From Vicugna vicugna (taxonomy: Eukaryota): a DNA stretch of 64,000 nt. Positions 59,655-64,000 of this stretch are shown here, in pieces; positions within the stretch are counted from its first letter, which is position 1; each line of letters begins with the position of its first letter. Below the pieces are notes generated by a model. The model was given only the letters and a program-made list of their open reading frames with translations. It had not been told where the DNA came from and did no database searches. Location of the stretch: the NCBI GenBank assembly GCA_013265495.1, contig MU061537.1, positions 558,001 through 622,000 on the forward strand. Direction: 5' to 3'. The translations under genes and the position numbers were made by a program.

Positions 59655-61656
59655 AACTAGTTTGTGGGTGTTTGTTGTTTATGAGCTGGGAAGGAATAAT
59701 AAAACCACAATCAAGATCACACAACACAAAGTTTACAAAAGGAAAAAATATTTTGTTTTAAAATCTTTGCTACATGTCATTATTTTTGCCACTGTAAGGC
59801 TCAGCACAGATGCCAGCAGTACAGAAATGGCCAACAAGAAAAAAACAATCAAAAATAAAACCCTGAAGGAAAAGCAGAAACAAAACCCCCAGAGCATCTT
59901 CTCCCTCCCCTCCCCTTCCCCAAAAGCCCTATAATAACTGTACAATATTATAGTCCTGATCACATTTAAAAACAGTTGATTATTTAAAAAAACAAGGATT
60001 TCATTGGAAACTCAACTTTTTGGTTTCTTAAATTGTGATATAAATATATATGTATACTGTATGTGTGCACATAGAATAAAAAAATAAACTGTCTCCTTTT
60101 CCACTCCACTACCTGGCACCAGACTGGAGACAAAAGGAAGGGAAACCTAATGACATTCTCTCAGCCTCTCCAAGGCCACTTGTGCGCCTCAGTCCCCTAT
60201 GGCTACATTTAATATGTCTTCTCCTTATTAATTCAGTCTTGCGCTTCAGATACTGGCCTGAGCCAAACAAACAAACAAAAAGGCTGATACACATGACTGT
60301 TACCTGAGAAAGGTAAAGAGTGAGAGTAGTAACCTGTATCCGCATTTATATGGCTATAGTTCATTATTAAGTGACCCTGTCAGGATGGGAGTCCAGGTCC
60401 CATCTATCACCTCGATTTATTACACTTGTACTGTAACGCAAAATCCAATCTCAAAATTAGAGAGGGAACAAAGAGGAAAGAACTATAGGCCCAGAAGAGA
60501 CCTAAATCTGTTTCTTGCAGCCTGGATACTTTGAGAATGGGATGAAAGAGGCTACTTTGCAAGAAGGCTTGGTATTTGGTTTAAACTCCAGCAGCGAGGA
60601 TTTTCACTGGGACTGCTAACCCAAGAAGTTGAGTTTCCATGCAGAAATAACCTCTAAGAACACACATCATATGTGATTCTGACAGAAAAATGCAGCATTA
60701 TCCTTATGGCCAAGTATGGGGTTTCTGAAAGTGTTCACCTTGCCAGCCTATTTCTGTAACGTCTGCAGATCTTCCCTATAAGGTGAGAGCACCAAAAGCA
60801 GGAATAGCCCACTTTACACTGTACATGTTCCATGAGAGACCAACCACATCAACAGAAGACTTTATGTATTTGCTTACAGTTGCATATTGGCTGGGCATAG
60901 AAATAAGTGCAGCAAAGACATTTATTTAAATCTTCTTTGGCTGCAATACTAAGTGAAAAATACCTGGAAGATTTAACTGATTAGGACTCTTCGAAACACA
61001 CAGAAAAAGACAAAGATAAAATCTGGGACAAATTTTGCATAACTCCCTAATAGGGAGAAAGAAACAAACACAGAAACAAATGTGCTCGTGCTCACACACA
61101 CACACACACACACACACACTCTCTCTCTCTCACTTCCTTACTCATGTTTCTTTCCAGAGGAATTGCTCACAGGCAGCAGAAAGAGCCTATGCTCACTTCC
61201 TAAAGCCCCATGTATACCTACCATGTTTCACGGTCCTCAAACATGAGGACATTTCTCCTATCCCCCACCTTATTCAGAATTTTTTTCCAAAAATAAGCCA
61301 TAGTATCCAAGGCAAATAGTGATGTCAGGTTCTCTAACCTGTCCCCTGCCCCTAGCACAAATCATCTCTGCACAAATTTCTGGTCAGGAGACATAAGGAA
61401 AGGCATTCTTAACCTCACCCAGCCTTAATTATTCAAAGGGTCCCCAAAGCCTTGAGGACTGACTCCATTTCTTCTATAAATGTTATCTTAGAGAGGCAGG
61501 AAGACAAGGGGAAGGCCAGAAGGGAAAGGGGGTACACATTAGGGGTGAGGGAAGGGAAGGGAGAGGAACTTTTATTCTGTTTACAGAAAGATTTGCTTTT
61601 TTAAAACAAATGGTGATTTTTTTTCTCCCCCACCCCTTATCCTCACCCCAATAGCT
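59655..61656 (-). other. ARNT: ARNT 3' UTR (about 2 kb) with several candidate poly(A) signals
   Basis: Repeat-poor, U-rich sequence after the stop; AATAAA at 61571-61576, 60921-60926, 60416-60421; distal variant CATAAA at 59678-59683; 3' boundary approximate. Confidence 0.65.
61093..61130. repeat. Compound (CA)13(CT)6 microsatellite in ARNT 3' UTR
   Basis: Read directly from the sequence. Confidence 0.93.
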
Positions 61657-61746
61657 CTATTCTGAAAAGGAGGGAAACATAGTTAAATCAGGAAATTCTT
61701 CATTGTTGTAACTGTTGCTCTGGTCTCCCAGCATGGACAGCATCTC
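61657..61746 (-). CDS. ARNT: ARNT last exon coding part
   Basis: [32 protein letters not shown] at 61659-61657. Confidence 0.95.
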   Translation of the reverse strand, partial: EMLSMLGDQSNSYNNEEFPDLTMFPSFSE

Positions 61747-63272
61747 CTAAGAGAAAAAGAGTAAGCTTGGGTCACACACCTTGATCCTCTGTATTCATCG
61801 AGCTCCTTCCCGGCAGTGCCCTGAAGCACCACCCCTGCCCCCAGAGGGCTTCCGCCGTGCCGAGGCCCCTCAGCCTCCCTCACTCCCAGGAGCGCCGACT
61901 CCTTTAGATGACAGCCTTTGCCCTAGTGCCTCCTGTCTGCCTCCTGCAGTTCCACTTTTCCCTCTTCTCTAGTTCTCAGTGTTTTCAAAGGGAGAAAAAT
62001 CTGCTTGCCACATTTCATATAGCCCCCATGGATATATATGGGGTATCTCTTATCCTATTTATTCTCCACCAAAACCTGTTTTGCCTTCTTTCAGCCTGTG
62101 TTTTGAGCTGAGCTCCTCCTTTGTCCGGCCTTAGATTACACCACTGACTCTCGCGGTCCCCTCAGGACTTACGTAAATGGACCTTCATAGCTGTAATCAG
62201 TATGTTTACACTTAAGCGGCTATGAAGTGGGGATATGGTTCTCTCCGAATGGGCTGGAATTACTTTCTAGAACACCTTCACATAGCGCTTCCCAGCACTA
62301 ACTACAGTCCGGTTAACGGCTGTGCAGCACGCTTAAGTTCACAGCCTTTCCAATTAATGACATTTACTCCTCTATGTCCCCACTCTTGTCTTCTCCCACT
62401 TACTAACCTCAGTCAAACACCTCAGTCCACGCCTGCTTCCTACTGTCTCTCCTCCCTGACTCTTTCTCTCCCAGGCTTGGGTCTTCTGAAGTCTTTCACT
62501 GACTCACCTGGAAAACCTCAGGCTGGCCCGGCTGCGGTGCTGCCGGCTGCTGAACGTGCTGTTCGTTAGAACTCGAACGGTGGTGAGGCTGCTGGCCCTG
62601 CCACTGTGGCCAGACACCCACACCCTCTGCTGTTCGTGTCTGGAACTGTCCTGCAGTCTGTCCAGTCTCAGGAGCTAGAAACACGAGGAAGAAGAAACAA
62701 CTTCAATCTGCTAACTCCATGGAAAGGAGAAACTATTCCACAACTATGTGCAAGTCATTAATTTTATCTAGATACCTCCTGCCCCTCCTTCTGCCAATCA
62801 AGGCCTCTTCTACTTCAAACCCTGGTCCCACATTAATTTTTCTTCTCTATGTACCCTTTCCAAAGAGTCCTTTGCTCATTTAGACTAGATTTGCATGTCA
62901 TTAAATTTATAATACCTTACTTACTTTTTGTTATATGTGCTAAAGTCTTTTTCATGTGGGTAGGTTTTAAATTCCAAATGGCCTGTCACCTTGCATTTTT
63001 CCATAATTAGGTCAGTACATCCAGGACACAAACAAGCCATTTTAACTATCAAATCCTTTCTCTTTAGTGGTGTGATTTTCCTGTTACCCTCCTTTCAGTC
63101 AGAACTCACTAAAGTTGGATCCACGACTGGCGAGACTCGGGTAGGCAGCAGCACCAGGAGATGCAGTGGAAGCACCAGGGAGGGACATGGGGCTGAAAGA
63201 GGATGGAGTCTGAAAGCTGCCTACACCAAACTGGGAAGAACGAGTCTTGGCTGTAGCCTGGGTAGCCACCTG
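61657..63272 (-). CDS. ARNT: Aryl hydrocarbon receptor nuclear translocator (HIF-1beta), last three coding exons (partial CDS)
   Basis: Exons 63110-63272, 62508-62674, 61657-61746 join in frame and encode the C-terminal transactivation domain. Confidence 0.97.
62508..62674 (-). CDS. ARNT: ARNT penultimate exon
   Basis: [55 protein letters not shown]. Confidence 0.95.
63110..63272 (-). CDS. ARNT: ARNT third-last exon
   Basis: [54 protein letters not shown]; tagcag acceptor, gtgag donor. Confidence 0.94.
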
Positions 63273-63744
63273 CTAAAAGAAAGGGACAGAGAGCAAAGAG
63301 AACATGAACATATTGCACAGACCATTTTTATCAGAGTTAATCCCCATCAATCACTGGATTCTTTTGAGCCAAGCTCATTACTTATTTTCCACTGTACATT
63401 TCTTCCAATTAACTCCCAATTTCCCTTATTATTTTTAGGCACCTGTGATAAAGTGCAAAAAGCAAACAACTATGGGAGTAGTAAAAGTACACATTTAGAG
63501 TTGTGAGAATTAAGTGAAAATGACATAAATGAAAGGACTTTATAAATGGTAAAGTTATATAAAAACTAGATGCATTAATAACAGTACAGCATTTTATATA
63601 TAGAGAAAAAACACTGCATTATTTTATTACTCAGTCTGTACCACATTTATTCCTAATGATTTTTTTTTGGGGGGGTAACTAAACATTTTCCTCACTATTA
63701 CAGTAATGCATATGCACTGTGGAGTGTTTTCAAAACAAAGGAGT

Positions 63745-63876
63745 GGGGGAGGATATAGCTTAAGTGGTAGAGTGTATGCTTAGCATGCACAAGGCCCTGG
63801 GTTCAATTCCCAGTACCACCTCTATAAATAAGTAAACAAACCTAATTACCTCCACACACACAAAAATAATAGTAAA
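63745..63876 (+). mobile_element. Camelid vic-1-type SINE in ARNT intron
   Basis: A/B boxes; 12-bp TSD CAAAACAAAGGA at 63731-63742 and 63877-63888. Confidence 0.88.
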
Positions 63877-64000
63877 CAAAACAAAGGAAAATAAAAAGGA
63901 AATAATCATCCACAATTCTACTACGAAAGGCTAATGGTTAACATTTTTGGATAATTTCTTCCAGTTTTTATTTTCCTATGCATTTTTAATACAGTGAGGT

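Noticed and set aside
62991..63506. 171-aa plus-strand ORF, the longest in the track
   Set aside because: It overlaps an ARNT exon in antisense, starts at a non-ATG codon and resembles no protein I recognise.

Overview
Mammalian genomic DNA, very probably from a camelid (four tRNA-derived vic-1-type SINEs), syntenic with human 1q21.3. All four genes are on the minus strand. HORMAD1 has a complete CDS (14 coding exons, 396 aa), CTSS is complete (331 aa), CTSK is complete (330 aa), and only the last three exons plus the 3' UTR of ARNT are present. Exons were read by hand from GT-AG boundaries and join in frame. A decayed UBE2D3 retrocopy lies antisense in CTSK intron 5. Five ERV LTR pieces sit between the HORMAD1 promoter and the CTSS 3' end. 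I found no new multi-gene system. Best leads: an ancient MIR in CTSS intron 6 converted into a mini CpG island; a candidate extra HORMAD1 5' exon giving an in-frame 24-aa N-terminal extension; and an SE->RA change in the HORMAD1 C-terminal closure motif. Repeat subfamily names and ortholog comparisons are from memory, not from a search.
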